From positions 32,001 through 96,000 of the forward strand of contig JBGAGQ010000003.1 in the NCBI GenBank assembly GCA_044226625.1: DNA of 64,000 bases, given 5' to 3'. The translations under genes and the position numbers were made by a program. The first letter of the stretch is position 1. Each line of letters starts with the position of its first letter. The notes under the pieces are model-generated. The model was not told the DNA's origin. It ran no database searches and was given only the letters and a program-made list of their open reading frames with translations. Source of the DNA: Thermoanaerobaculia bacterium. Lineage in GTDB: Bacteria; Acidobacteriota; Thermoanaerobaculia; Multivoradales; UBA5704. Positions 1 to 11,303 of this stretch are shown in pieces.

Positions 1-755
1 GCACTGAGAGCGATCTTCCGCTCCGTCCGAAACGCCTCTTCCGCTTCCGCCTTTTCGTTTCGCTCTCCGAGGGTGATGCCGAGGCGTCGTAACTCCGCGC
101 ACTTGAGACTCGGATCGACCGCGCGGGCGGCCGCCGCACGAAAGTGACCGATCTTTGAGGGATCGTCTTCGGGCAAGCGCCGCCCGAGGCGGTCATGGAC
201 CAGCGCTTCGAGGTCGGGCGCCGCGGCCCGCTCGGCGCGGCGGAGCGCCGCTTCGAGCGTCGCGACCGCCTCTTGCCGCGGAAGAGCTTTCGCTTGTTCG
301 ATGGCGCCAAAGGCCGACGCGCGAAGCCGATCGATCTCGCTGGCCGGCCGCGGAGCGGAGCTCTCGATCCGATAAGCCGGCACCGTGGCAGCCACTTGGC
401 CAAGGACGATCCGAATCCTCGCGGCTCCCGCCGTCTTCGCCACCAGCTCGAAGTCGTCTACTCCCGTCGCATCGGTATAGCCGTCGACGGCGACCGGAGC
501 CTGTTCGCCAGGGGCGAGCACTTCGAGGACGACATCGCTCCCCCTCTGTTCCGCCGCGACGCGCAAATGCTCGCCCGCCCGCAGGGGAACATAATAGAGA
601 TGAGAGACATCCCCTTCGCGCCAGATGCGAACCGCGTCGAGCCCTGTCGGCCGCAGAGCGGCTCGCTCGTTCCCTGTCGACAGCGCTGCGCAGACACCCA
701 GGGCAAGCCCGGCGGCCAGGGCGAGCGGTGACGCGGTCCGATGGAGCAACGTCAA
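1..755 (-). CDS. N-terminal part of a probable TPR/CHAT-domain protein (runs off the left edge)
   Basis: Not in the ORF track because there is no stop in the window. Manual translation from TTG 755 is open to base 1: hydrophobic leader, then HLYYVPLRAGEHLRVAAEQRGSDVVLEVLAPG...VDG, then helical TPR-like segments. This N-terminus is typical of acidobacterial TPR-CHAT proteins; the CHAT domain itself is not visible. Confidence 0.65.
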   Translation of the reverse strand, partial: MTLLHRTASPLALAAGLALGVCAALSTGNERAALRPTGLDAVRIWREGDVSHLYYVPLRAGEHLRVAAEQRGSDVVLEVLAPGEQAPVAVDGYTDATGVDDFELVAKTAGAARIRIVLGQVAATVPAYRIESSAPRPASEIDRLRASAFGAIEQAKALPRQEAVATLEAALRRAERAAAPDLEALVHDRLGRRLPEDDPSKIGHFRAAAARAVDPSLKCAELRRLGITLGERNEKAEAEEAFRTERKIALS

Positions 756-771
756 AGTAGTTCTGAGAATA

Positions 772-1554
772 TCAGGAGGCTGGGCGATCTCCCACGATGA
801 CGAACGTCCCGAGCGCTTGGGTGTTGCCGTTCTTTCGGGTCGAGAGGCGTAGCGAGATGCCGCCCTTGCGGAAGCGCGCCGGGACCTCCAGGCCGAGCTC
901 GCCGGAGGCGACCGACCGACCCTCGCCCCGCCACACGACGACGCCGGCGCCGTTCACGATCTCCACCCGAACCGGGGCGCCGGCTTCCAATCCCGGCAAC
1001 GGGACGAGAATGGCGATCGGCCGGTCCGAGCCCTCCTCCACTGCCCCAGCCGGCTCGGAGACGCCGCGGGTCGAATCGGCGGGTATCGCTTCCGCGATCG
1101 CGACGCCCACCCGAGGCTGGCGCGCCTGGTGCCAGCTCCATCCGGCGAAGGCGAACGCGAGAAGAGCTACGAGGTAGGGTGCCCAGCGCACCCCGCCGCG
1201 GGCCGGAGGAGGAAGAGCCTGCATCGCGGACGCCATCTCGGCGGGAACCGCCGTCTCATCCAACCGCTTTCGCAGCTCGGCGTACGCTCGGCGCTCTTCG
1301 GCGTCGGCCCGGGCCAGCGAAACCTCGGGCTCGTCGACCACCGTCTTCCCCGCGCTGGGCGCGGCGAGCATCACCTTGCGGCAGGCGCGGCACGCGACCA
1401 GATGGTCGCGTAGGGTCTCCACCTGCTCGGCGTCGAGGAGCCCCGCGGCGTAGCGCTCCCAGAGCGAGGCCTCCGGATGGGACCCGAGATCCCGGGCCTC
1501 TTCGTCGATCCAGTCTTTCGCGGCGCGTGCGAGTCGAGCCTCGATTTCGACCAT
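772..1554 (-). CDS. zf-HC2 anti-sigma factor-like membrane protein
   Basis: HP...HLVACRAC zinc motif and one TM segment (WAPYLVALLAFAFAGW). GGAGG precedes ATG 1554. Lies directly downstream of the ECF sigma factor. Confidence 0.8.
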   Translation of the reverse strand: MVEIEARLARAAKDWIDEEARDLGSHPEASLWERYAAGLLDAEQVETLRDHLVACRACRKVMLAAPSAGKTVVDEPEVSLARADAEERRAYAELRKRLDETAVPAEMASAMQALPPPARGGVRWAPYLVALLAFAFAGWSWHQARQPRVGVAIAEAIPADSTRGVSEPAGAVEEGSDRPIAILVPLPGLEAGAPVRVEIVNGAGVVVWRGEGRSVASGELGLEVPARFRKGGISLRLSTRKNGNTQALGTFVIVGDRPAS

Positions 1555-1568
1555 GTCGCCTCCTCGGC

Positions 1569-2129
1569 TCAATGAACCGACCCTTGCGGGTCGGTCAGGA
1601 TTTCGCGCAGCCGCCGACGCGCTTGGAACAGGTGGGCACGGACGGTCTCTTCGGAGACCAGCAGGAGCGCGGCGATCTCCTCGTAGGTCTGGCCGTCGAG
1701 GTAGAGCAGCACGACCCGGCCCATCTTCTTCGGCAGGGACTGGATCGCCGCGCGAAGCCCTAGCGCCCGCTCGCCCTCCAGCGCCGACGCGAGGAGGTCC
1801 TCTGACGGATCGGGCAGGTCGAAGAAGCTCTCGTCGTCGTCGACCGGCACCTCGCGCCCCTTGCGCTTGCCGGCGCTGCCGTGGCGCAGGCGGTTCTTAT
1901 AGACGTTCTTCGCGATCTGGTACAACCATCCTCCCCTCGCCTCCGGATCTTCGAGCTGGCCGATCCCCTGGCACGCTCGAACGAAGGTCTCCTGGACGAG
2001 ATCCTCCGCCTCCTCGGCGGAGAATCGTCGGACGAGGAAGAAGACACGAAGCGATTGCCAATGGTTGAGAAAAAGATCGACGAGCAACGGATCGCGGTCG
2101 CCGAAAAGGGGTGGACGCGTCATGGCCAC
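1569..2129 (-). CDS. ECF RNA polymerase sigma factor
   Basis: Region 2 (EAEDLVQETFVRA...WLYQIAKN) and region 4 (TYEEIAALLLVSEETVRAHLFQARRRLR). Confidence 0.92.
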   Translation of the reverse strand: MAMTRPPLFGDRDPLLVDLFLNHWQSLRVFFLVRRFSAEEAEDLVQETFVRACQGIGQLEDPEARGGWLYQIAKNVYKNRLRHGSAGKRKGREVPVDDDESFFDLPDPSEDLLASALEGERALGLRAAIQSLPKKMGRVVLLYLDGQTYEEIAALLLVSEETVRAHLFQARRRLREILTDPQGSVH

Positions 2130-2213
2130 CTAAATTCTAAAGTTTTCTCGGCCCGGAAGGGGCCGAAGCTTTCGGAGGGGTCGGAGGGGGCGGATGCGAG
2201 ACGCGCGGCCGCC

Positions 2214-2957
2214 TCAACCCGGCGCGCGGAGCGCTTCGACGTCGATCTGGATCGTCACCTCGTCGCCGAGGAGCGAGCCCGCCCCCTCGAGCACGCGGTT
2301 CCAGGTGATCCCGTAGTCCTTGCGATCGAGAGTGAACGAAGTCTGCCATCCGATCCGCTCCCCTTGAGGCGTCCGGACGAGGCCGAGGAGGACGACCGGC
2401 AGGGTAACCCGGCGGACGACGCCACGGATCGACAGATCGCCCGTCACCTCGAAACGGGTCGGCTCGAGGGGGCGAACGGCCGTGCTTGCGAACGTGAGCT
2501 CCGGAAATCGCGCCGCGTCGAAGAACTCCGCCGAGCGCAGGTGCGCGTCCCGGTCGTCGTTGTCGGTTTCGATCGAAGCGGCCTTCACCCGGAACTCGAC
2601 GCTCGACCGAGCGGGATCGTCGCGGTCGTAACGGATGAGCGCCGCGAAGTCGCGGAACCGCCCGCGCACCGGGGTGACGAAGTGGCGCACCGAAAACGCG
2701 ACCGAGCTGTGGTCGAGGTCGGCACGGTAGACCGGCGGCGCCGTGACGGCCACCGACTGGGCCGCGGCGGGGCCCGCGGCGGCGACGGCCATTCCCGCCC
2801 AAAGACTCACCCGGAAACCGAGGAAAACAAGAGGACCGGCGCCCCACCGGGGTCGGCGACAGCGAAGCGGGCCACCGTCCGCGATCGACCTCGCGTCGGG
2901 GCGGAGAAGAGCTCCGCCCCGACGGGATTCGGCGAGGCAACGACGAGCGGCGGCCAT
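2214..2957 (-). CDS. YceI-family secreted lipid/polyisoprenoid-binding protein (start uncertain)
   Basis: DLDHSSVAFSVRH, SIETDNDDRDAHLRSAEFFDA, GDLSIRGV, LDRKDYGI. The longer ORF-track start overlaps aceE and was not used. Confidence 0.88.
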   Translation of the reverse strand: MAAARRCLAESRRGGALLRPDARSIADGGPLRCRRPRWGAGPLVFLGFRVSLWAGMAVAAAGPAAAQSVAVTAPPVYRADLDHSSVAFSVRHFVTPVRGRFRDFAALIRYDRDDPARSSVEFRVKAASIETDNDDRDAHLRSAEFFDAARFPELTFASTAVRPLEPTRFEVTGDLSIRGVVRRVTLPVVLLGLVRTPQGERIGWQTSFTLDRKDYGITWNRVLEGAGSLLGDEVTIQIDVEALRAPG

Positions 2958-2965
2958 CCCGCGCC

Positions 2966-5656
<2,691 letters not shown>

Positions 5657-5851
5657 GCGGATGGAAACCTCCTGGAGGGACGGGCGAAACGGAACGCCCG
5701 GTTCGAGAGGCCATAGGTTCTCATGGATCGAACCCGGCCGCCAACGCGAACGCCTGGCCCGAGCGCCCCCCGGATCGCGCAATCGTCGAGAAAGCCAACC
5801 CTGGTTTGCGTCTTTAAGAGAGACGACGCCCGACCGGGCCAAAAGGAGAGA

Positions 5852-5880
5852 TTGACAATGAGTCTACATGTAGCTACATT
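5852..5880 (+). promoter_or_regulatory. Sigma70-type promoter with overlapping palindromic operators for the TA operon
   Basis: TTGACA (5852-5857), 17 bp spacer, TACATT (5875-5880). Perfect palindromes CTACATGTAG (5864-5873) and ATGTAGCTACAT (5868-5879). ATG lies 7 nt after the -10, suggesting a leaderless mRNA. Confidence 0.75.
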
Positions 5881-5887
5881 GCCCGAC

Positions 5888-6196
5888 ATGAGAGACGTCG
5901 GGATCCGCGAATTGAAGGCGCAGCTGAGCCGCGTCGTGCGCGAAGTCGAGGACGGAGAGACCGTGATCGTCACCGATCGAGGGCGGCCGATTGCCGAGAT
6001 CCGGCCCGTGGACGTAGCCCCTCCGACCGAAGAGCATCCCGGCCTGCTGAAGATGGCGCGCGAAGGACGGCTCCTCCTCCCCCAGGTGCGCAACCATCCG
6101 GGCCTCTATTCGCCACCGCGCCGCCCCCTGGGACGTCCCCACCCGAGTATCCAGGAGCTGCTGGACGCCGGACGGCAGGACCGAGGGGAGGACTGA
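5888..6196 (+). CDS. Phd/YefM-family antitoxin
   Basis: MRDVGIRELKAQLSRVVREVEDGETVIVTDRGRPIAEIRP; directly upstream of a PIN toxin. Confidence 0.92.
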   Translation: MRDVGIRELKAQLSRVVREVEDGETVIVTDRGRPIAEIRPVDVAPPTEEHPGLLKMAREGRLLLPQVRNHPGLYSPPRRPLGRPHPSIQELLDAGRQDRGED

Positions 6197-6199
6197 TCG

Positions 6200-6643
6200 A
6201 TGGACGCGCCGACCCTCTACGCTGAATCGAGCGCGGTCTTGAGCTTGCTGCTCGGCGAACCGGGAAGCGACCGGGTGGCCGACGCGCTCGGCCAGGCGGG
6301 CCGCGTCGTCGTCTCCGAACTCACGCTGGCGGAGACCCATCGCACGCTGCTCCGCGCGCGGGCCGTGGGCAAGTTGACCGACGAAGAGCTGGAGCAAGTC
6401 CGCGGCGACCTCGAGCGCGCCGGACTCGGCTGGTCGCTCCAACGGCTCGACGCCGAAACCTACCTGCGCCTCCGCCGCCCCTTCCCCGCGGAGCCGGTTC
6501 GCACGCTGGACGCCCTCCACCTCGCCGGAGCGCTCGCCGCGCGGCGCGAAGTCCCCGAGATCCGCCTGCTCAGCCTCGACGTCCGTATCCGGGACAACGC
6601 ACGCGCGTTGGGTTTCGACGTCGAGCCGGAAGAAGGAATGTAA
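6200..6643 (+). CDS. vapC: VapC-family PIN-domain toxin
   Basis: LYAESSAVL, SELTLAE and RTLDALHLA acidic PIN motifs; 3 bp downstream of the antitoxin. Confidence 0.9.
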   Translation: MDAPTLYAESSAVLSLLLGEPGSDRVADALGQAGRVVVSELTLAETHRTLLRARAVGKLTDEELEQVRGDLERAGLGWSLQRLDAETYLRLRRPFPAEPVRTLDALHLAGALAARREVPEIRLLSLDVRIRDNARALGFDVEPEEGM

Positions 6644-6789
6644 AAGTCGAAGAAGCCCTATCCCACGGGAAGCTTCGGTATTCGCCGCGCGTGCGTTAGC
6701 ATTCCCGACCGGATCAGAGCCCGTCGACACGGATTTCCACTCTGCGCGACGAAACGCCGCTCCTCGCGTTCCCTCGTCGGTGTACCGGC

Positions 6790-7050
6790 TGGATTGCCGC
6801 CATCGGCCGTAGGAAGCCGCTATCGGTGAGCGATATTCGTTTTCTACCGGCGGATAGCGGCTATCTGGCGCTGCAAAACGGCTATCGGCGATTTATAGCG
6901 GCTATCTGCGCTGGATAGCGGCTATCCGCCGCCGCAAAACCGCTATTTGCCGCGTATAGCGGCTATCCGTCGCCGCTAAACCGCTATCGCGCGCGTATAG
7001 CGGCTATCCACGTCCGATCGCGGTCCCTCTCGCGCGCGAAACGGCTATCG
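6790..7050. repeat. Non-coding array of ~13 units, 20-21 bp period, core (G)ATAGCGGCTATC
   Basis: GCTAT starts at 6819, 6860, 6881, 6901, 6921, 6942, 6962, 6983, 7003 and 7044 (spacings 20, 21 or 41). The core is near-palindromic. Confidence 0.85.
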
Positions 7051-7191
7051 GCGGCGTGAATCCATGATCGATCTCGCAAAGCCGCGAATCGGTCGCGCAT
7101 CACGCCCAGCGTCATCGAATCGACTCGGCCGACCGGCCATCGAGCCGATCCGGCTCGTATGACGAGATCTCGATCCTCGGCTCCGCGGAAC

Positions 7192-9048
7192 CTACCATCC
7201 TTCGAGCTTCCTCCGGATCAGCTGTTCGCCCTTGTTGGGATCGGTCGCTTGGGCGTGCGTGATGCCGTGGCTCGCGAGAATGCGCAGCGCATCGGCGCGG
7301 TCGGGGTGGGGCGCGTGCACCGGGCTCGAAGCGGCCTGATACAGGTTCCGCGCGTGGAGCGCGCGCTCCTCACCGAGCCTTTGGCCCGCCGGGGCGTTCT
7401 TCTTCTGAAAATGGCGGTAGAGCTTGTAAGCCCCGAGGCCGAGGGCGGCGAGCGCGCCGGCTCCGGCGAGACCCCAACCGATCGGGGTGAACAGCGCCCC
7501 GGCGCCGAGCAGGCCCGCGAGCAGGGCTCCTCCTCCCAACGCTCCGATTCCCGCGCCGATGCCGCCCAGGATGTTGCGCTTGCGGCGTTTGGCCAGCTGC
7601 CCGCTCATGTGATCCGCCGCGGCGGTCATGTTCGCGCTCATCGGCGGCCCCGCGCGGACGGCGTCGATCTGCGTCTTGTGCTGATGGGCGCGATAGGCCC
7701 GATAGCCGGCGCGCCCCGCGACGATCGTCTGGACGCCCGCGCCGATGCCGGCCGAGGCGAGGCCGGTGGCGGCCGGCAAGATCGAGGTTCCGGCGTGGCC
7801 GACGGCGCTGATCGCGTTGCCCGCCTGCATCCCTTGGCTCGCTGCGTCGGCCAGATTCACGGTCGCATCCACGGCGAGGCGCTTGGCCGTGCTCCGCGTC
7901 TCGGCCTGGGCTCCGGTCTCGTTGGGCTGAGGCGAGAACGTGTCGCGTATCCCCCGGCCGAAGCCCCTCACGCCCCCCTCCTGGCCCATGTTGCGGAGGC
8001 CCTGGTACGTGGCCAGGAGGTCCGCGCCCCCCGAGGCGATGTTGAGACCCGCTCCGGCCGGCCCGGTGACGCCGCTCGCGGCGCTGGTGTAACTCGTGGG
8101 CGCGACCGCGGCGGGAGGGGTGACCAGGGAGTTCACGGCGCCCAGGCCGCCGATCACCCCGGTCTGCGTTCCAGGGGAGTTGATCGCGAGGAAGTTCTCC
8201 GCCCGCGTGCCGAGGGAGGGGGGAGCGTACGGGGGAAGAGGAGGCAAGCCGGCAGGGGCGGCCCACGCGGCGGCGGGTGCTCCGGGTGGGCCGCCGCCAC
8301 CACCCCCGGGTCCCGCGGGAGCCAAAACCGCGCCGGCCGCAGCGGGAGCGGCGCCGCCGCCGCCCAGCGCCGGGGCGAGCATCGCGGGCGGAGCCGGCAA
8401 CGCGGCCGCCACAGCACCCGCGCCGGGTGCCCCCCCTCCACCGCCCAGCGCCGGAGCCAGCATCGGGAGCGGAGCCGGCAACGCAGCCGGCACGGCGCCC
8501 GCGCCGGGTGCGCCCCCTCCACCGCCCAGCGCCGGAGCCAGCATCGCGGGCGGAGCCGGCAACGCGGCCGCCACAGCACCCGCGCCGGGTGCGCCCCCTC
8601 CACCGCCCAGAGCCGGAGCGAGCATCGCGGGCGGAGCCGGCAACGCGGCCGCCACAGCGCCCGCGCCGGGTGCGCCACCTACACCGCCCAGCGCCGGAGC
8701 CAGCATCGGGGGCGGAGCCGGCAACGCGGCCGGCACAGCGCCCGCGCCAGGAGCGCCACCTCCACCGCCCAGGGCCGGAGCGAGTATCGCGGGCGGAGCC
8801 GCCGGGGCCGGGAGCGCGGCCGGCACGGCGCCCGGCAGTTGGTCCATGTCGTCGTCGTGAGGCCTCGGTTTGCGCTGAATCGGCGCCGCTCCGTGGACGG
8901 CCAGATTTTCGAACCGGTGCCCAAATCGCGTAGCAGCCTCCAGAGCGATCGAGACGGATCGCGGCGCCTCGGACGGCGATTCGGATCCGACGGCGCCCGA
9001 GCCCTCGGTGCGGGCGCTCTCCGCCGGCCGCTGGATCGAAGCTCGCAT
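7192..9048 (-). CDS. Putative effector A: GHRFENL/PIQR N-terminus, Ala/Pro/Gly repeat linker, Gly-rich hydrophobic C-terminal domain
   Basis: Start MRASIQRPA at 9048 chosen by alignment with paralog 21655-23475. The C-terminal ~330 aa are clearly homologous to that paralog; both end LIRRKLEGW. Confidence 0.75.
   Translation of the reverse strand: MRASIQRPAESARTEGSGAVGSESPSEAPRSVSIALEAATRFGHRFENLAVHGAAPIQRKPRPHDDDMDQLPGAVPAALPAPAAPPAILAPALGGGGGAPGAGAVPAALPAPPPMLAPALGGVGGAPGAGAVAAALPAPPAMLAPALGGGGGAPGAGAVAAALPAPPAMLAPALGGGGGAPGAGAVPAALPAPLPMLAPALGGGGGAPGAGAVAAALPAPPAMLAPALGGGGAAPAAAGAVLAPAGPGGGGGGPPGAPAAAWAAPAGLPPLPPYAPPSLGTRAENFLAINSPGTQTGVIGGLGAVNSLVTPPAAVAPTSYTSAASGVTGPAGAGLNIASGGADLLATYQGLRNMGQEGGVRGFGRGIRDTFSPQPNETGAQAETRSTAKRLAVDATVNLADAASQGMQAGNAISAVGHAGTSILPAATGLASAGIGAGVQTIVAGRAGYRAYRAHQHKTQIDAVRAGPPMSANMTAAADHMSGQLAKRRKRNILGGIGAGIGALGGGALLAGLLGAGALFTPIGWGLAGAGALAALGLGAYKLYRHFQKKNAPAGQRLGEERALHARNLYQAASSPVHAPHPDRADALRILASHGITHAQATDPNKGEQLIRRKLEGW
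8340..8835 (-). repeat. Intragenic tandem repeat, six ~81-bp (27-aa) units GAV(P/A)AALPAPPAMLAPALGGGGGAPGA
   Basis: Directly visible in the DNA and in the translation. Confidence 0.9.
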
Positions 9049-9080
9049 AGGGACGCGACCCGGGGTCGGAAAACCGGCGA

Positions 9081-9266
9081 TCAGAGCGCGCCGGTCCCGC
9101 TCTCCGGGCCCGCGGGCTCCACTCCCTCGAACGCGGCCCGCTCCGGAGATCGAAAGAGCCACGGCCCGTCGCTCGAATCCAGAAAATCGTCTACGGAGAG
9201 ATCTTCCGAGGATTCGGCCACGGGCTCGGATGCCAAGGGACGGTCGAGGGGCTGCTCCGAGTCCAT
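9081..9266 (-). CDS. Small acidic hypothetical protein (61 aa)
   Basis: Strong GGAGGAGG RBS before ATG 9266 (MDSEQPLDRP...); co-oriented with its neighbours. Confidence 0.55.
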   Translation of the reverse strand: MDSEQPLDRPLASEPVAESSEDLSVDDFLDSSDGPWLFRSPERAAFEGVEPAGPESGTGAL

Positions 9267-9407
9267 GGGACCTCCTCCCGCCGCAAGAGTTGTAGGCGAT
9301 GCTGAAGGCATCCTGACAGAGTCGCGACGCACCGACAAGCGCATTTCCTATTCAGGATCACGCCGCGGGCTCGGTGAGAGCCCGCGGGGGTTCCGCGGAA
9401 TCGAAGC

Positions 9408-9704
9408 TCAGCAACCGTAGCCGAAGCACTCCTTCGTGACCTGGATGCCGCCCACCGAGACCGAAACGCAAACTCCGGTGGGGAATCCCAGCGTGGTGCA
9501 AAGGTCGATGCAGGCTTGAGCCAGCGTGCCCGAGCCGGGAATCGGAACGGAGATGCATTCGTTCCCGACCACCGGGAGGTCGAGGCAGATCTGTCCGTTT
9601 TGCACCACGACGGACACGCACTCGGCGGGCGAGATCCCCGACGCCGCGAGGGCGTGGGCGGAGGCGGTCCGGTGGACCGGTGCGGAGAGTTGCGGGAGTT
9701 TCAT
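9408..9704 (-). CDS. Putative RiPP precursor 1 (cyanobactin-like leader, 8-Cys core)
   Basis: MKLPQLSAPVHR...LAASGISPA followed by a core with 8 Cys ending CFGYGC. AAAGGGGA RBS. Confidence 0.75.
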   Translation of the reverse strand: MKLPQLSAPVHRTASAHALAASGISPAECVSVVVQNGQICLDLPVVGNECISVPIPGSGTLAQACIDLCTTLGFPTGVCVSVSVGGIQVTKECFGYGC

Positions 9705-9788
9705 CGGGAAGTCCCCTTTCGTCTCGGCGCCCGATCCGCGGGACCCGGCGCCGTTTCATGTCGCTCCGGAAGCGGAGCGCACGTTGTT

Positions 9789-11300
9789 TCACTCCGGCGG
9801 CTCGCGACGCGGAGGTCCCGGATCGTGCCCGGGCGCGTACGGCCGCACGGGTAGGTCGAGACCCGCGTCGCCCTCGAGCTTCGTGCCGCAACCGCAGATG
9901 CCGAGCGGGCCCTGCTCGAAGGCGTCAAGCCGCAATCGGTCGGCGATGTTCTTTTCGTTGATCGCGGCGGTGAAAAAGGCGCCGAGGCCGAGCGCGGCGC
10001 AGCTCCAATAGAACGTCTGGCTGAGATGGCCGGCGTCGAGCAGCAAGACCCGATACGCCTTCTTGTGCACCTGGTATTTCCAAAAGTTCCGGTAGAAGCG
10101 CGCGGCCAGCACGACCAGGACGTGGGCGGTTTGGAAATACGACTGCCCGGCGGTGAATTCGTTCGCCAACGCTTCGGCCTCGGCGAGGGTCAAACGTTCG
10201 ATCCGCTCCAGGCCATGGACACGGACGTCGTAGTGGTAGAGGCCCGGCGGGAGGCCCTGGACTCGCAACACGAGGGGATACGCCTCGATTGGATGGAGCC
10301 CGCCGCCCGAAGGGCTGGTCTTCTGGAGTGCGACGACTCCGTCGGCGACCTCGGCCACGCCCCGGCAGCCGAAGACGTGGCGCAACAGCGAGGACAGATC
10401 GGCCAGCGACATCGCGCCGTCGCGGTCGAAGACGCGCGTGGTCTTGCGCTCCGCCGGCCATCGAGACGCGATCCTCTCGTCTTCGACGAGGGGCAGCGGG
10501 ACGGCCTCGGCTCCCAGGACCGAAAGGAAGGGCGCCGGAGGCTTGCCATAGCGAGCCACCACCCGGTTGAGCCCCTCGCCTCCGTTCAAATAGGCGTCCC
10601 AACGGTCCGCGTCACCTTCCTGCAGCCCGACGTCGCCCCACACGCTCATGAAGTGATAGAGGGCGGCGTACGGCTCCCACCTCGACGCGGCGATCTCCTC
10701 GTCTCGCCTTCTCGCCGACGCGGCCTCCGGGACGTCGCTCGCGAGCAGGAGGCCTTTCTCGATCAGATGGTCGATCACCTCTTCGTCGAACCGCTCTTTC
10801 AGCCGGTCGACCTCGATCCAGCGCGTCGAGGGGACGCCCGCCAGGATCTCCAGCTCGGCCTCGCTGATCAGATGCTCGGTTTGAGCGAGGAGGTCGGCGG
10901 CCACGAGCTCGTTGCCGCGGAAGATCGAGATCTCGCCGCGCAACAGCTCGTCGACGCCGAGCGAGTAGCGGTCCCGCAGCCAGAGAAAACAGAGGTGATG
11001 CCGCTTGACCGTCTTTCGGAGTCCCGCGGAATTTCCTTTCGAATCGGGCGCGTCGCCGTTCGGCCGACGCTCGGCCGACGTCACCGCGGCGGCGTCCCGA
11101 GCGCCGAAGCCGAATCGGTGGAGACAGTCCGATTTCTCCGGCAGCCGCACCCGCGCGGGTAGCCGTTCCGGATCGAGCGCGACGTCGAGCCTCTCGAGAA
11201 GGGTCCGTGGATTCCCCTCGAGCTCCGCCCGGAACGCGTCGTCCGTGGCGAGCCGGTAGGCAAGATCCGAGGTGAGCTCCAAACGGGTTCGGCTCGGCAT
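9789..11300 (-). CDS. SagB/nitroreductase-type peptide maturation dehydrogenase with fused N-terminal NHLP-like leader domain
   Basis: RKTTRVF, KTSPSGGGLHPIEAY, GLYHY, FYRNFWKY, LDAGHLSQT, LGAFFTAAINE. The N-terminus LAYRLATDDAFRAELEGNPRTLL...LPEK resembles NHLP-related leaders. Confidence 0.85.
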   Translation of the reverse strand: MPSRTRLELTSDLAYRLATDDAFRAELEGNPRTLLERLDVALDPERLPARVRLPEKSDCLHRFGFGARDAAAVTSAERRPNGDAPDSKGNSAGLRKTVKRHHLCFLWLRDRYSLGVDELLRGEISIFRGNELVAADLLAQTEHLISEAELEILAGVPSTRWIEVDRLKERFDEEVIDHLIEKGLLLASDVPEAASARRRDEEIAASRWEPYAALYHFMSVWGDVGLQEGDADRWDAYLNGGEGLNRVVARYGKPPAPFLSVLGAEAVPLPLVEDERIASRWPAERKTTRVFDRDGAMSLADLSSLLRHVFGCRGVAEVADGVVALQKTSPSGGGLHPIEAYPLVLRVQGLPPGLYHYDVRVHGLERIERLTLAEAEALANEFTAGQSYFQTAHVLVVLAARFYRNFWKYQVHKKAYRVLLLDAGHLSQTFYWSCAALGLGAFFTAAINEKNIADRLRLDAFEQGPLGICGCGTKLEGDAGLDLPVRPYAPGHDPGPPRREPPE

Positions 11301-11303
11301 GGA

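Noticed and set aside
6790-7050. CRISPR array interpretation of the periodic repeats (also 52041-52350)
   Set aside because: Cores of ~12 nt and variable parts of 8-9 nt are far too short for repeat-spacer units, and no cas genes are present.
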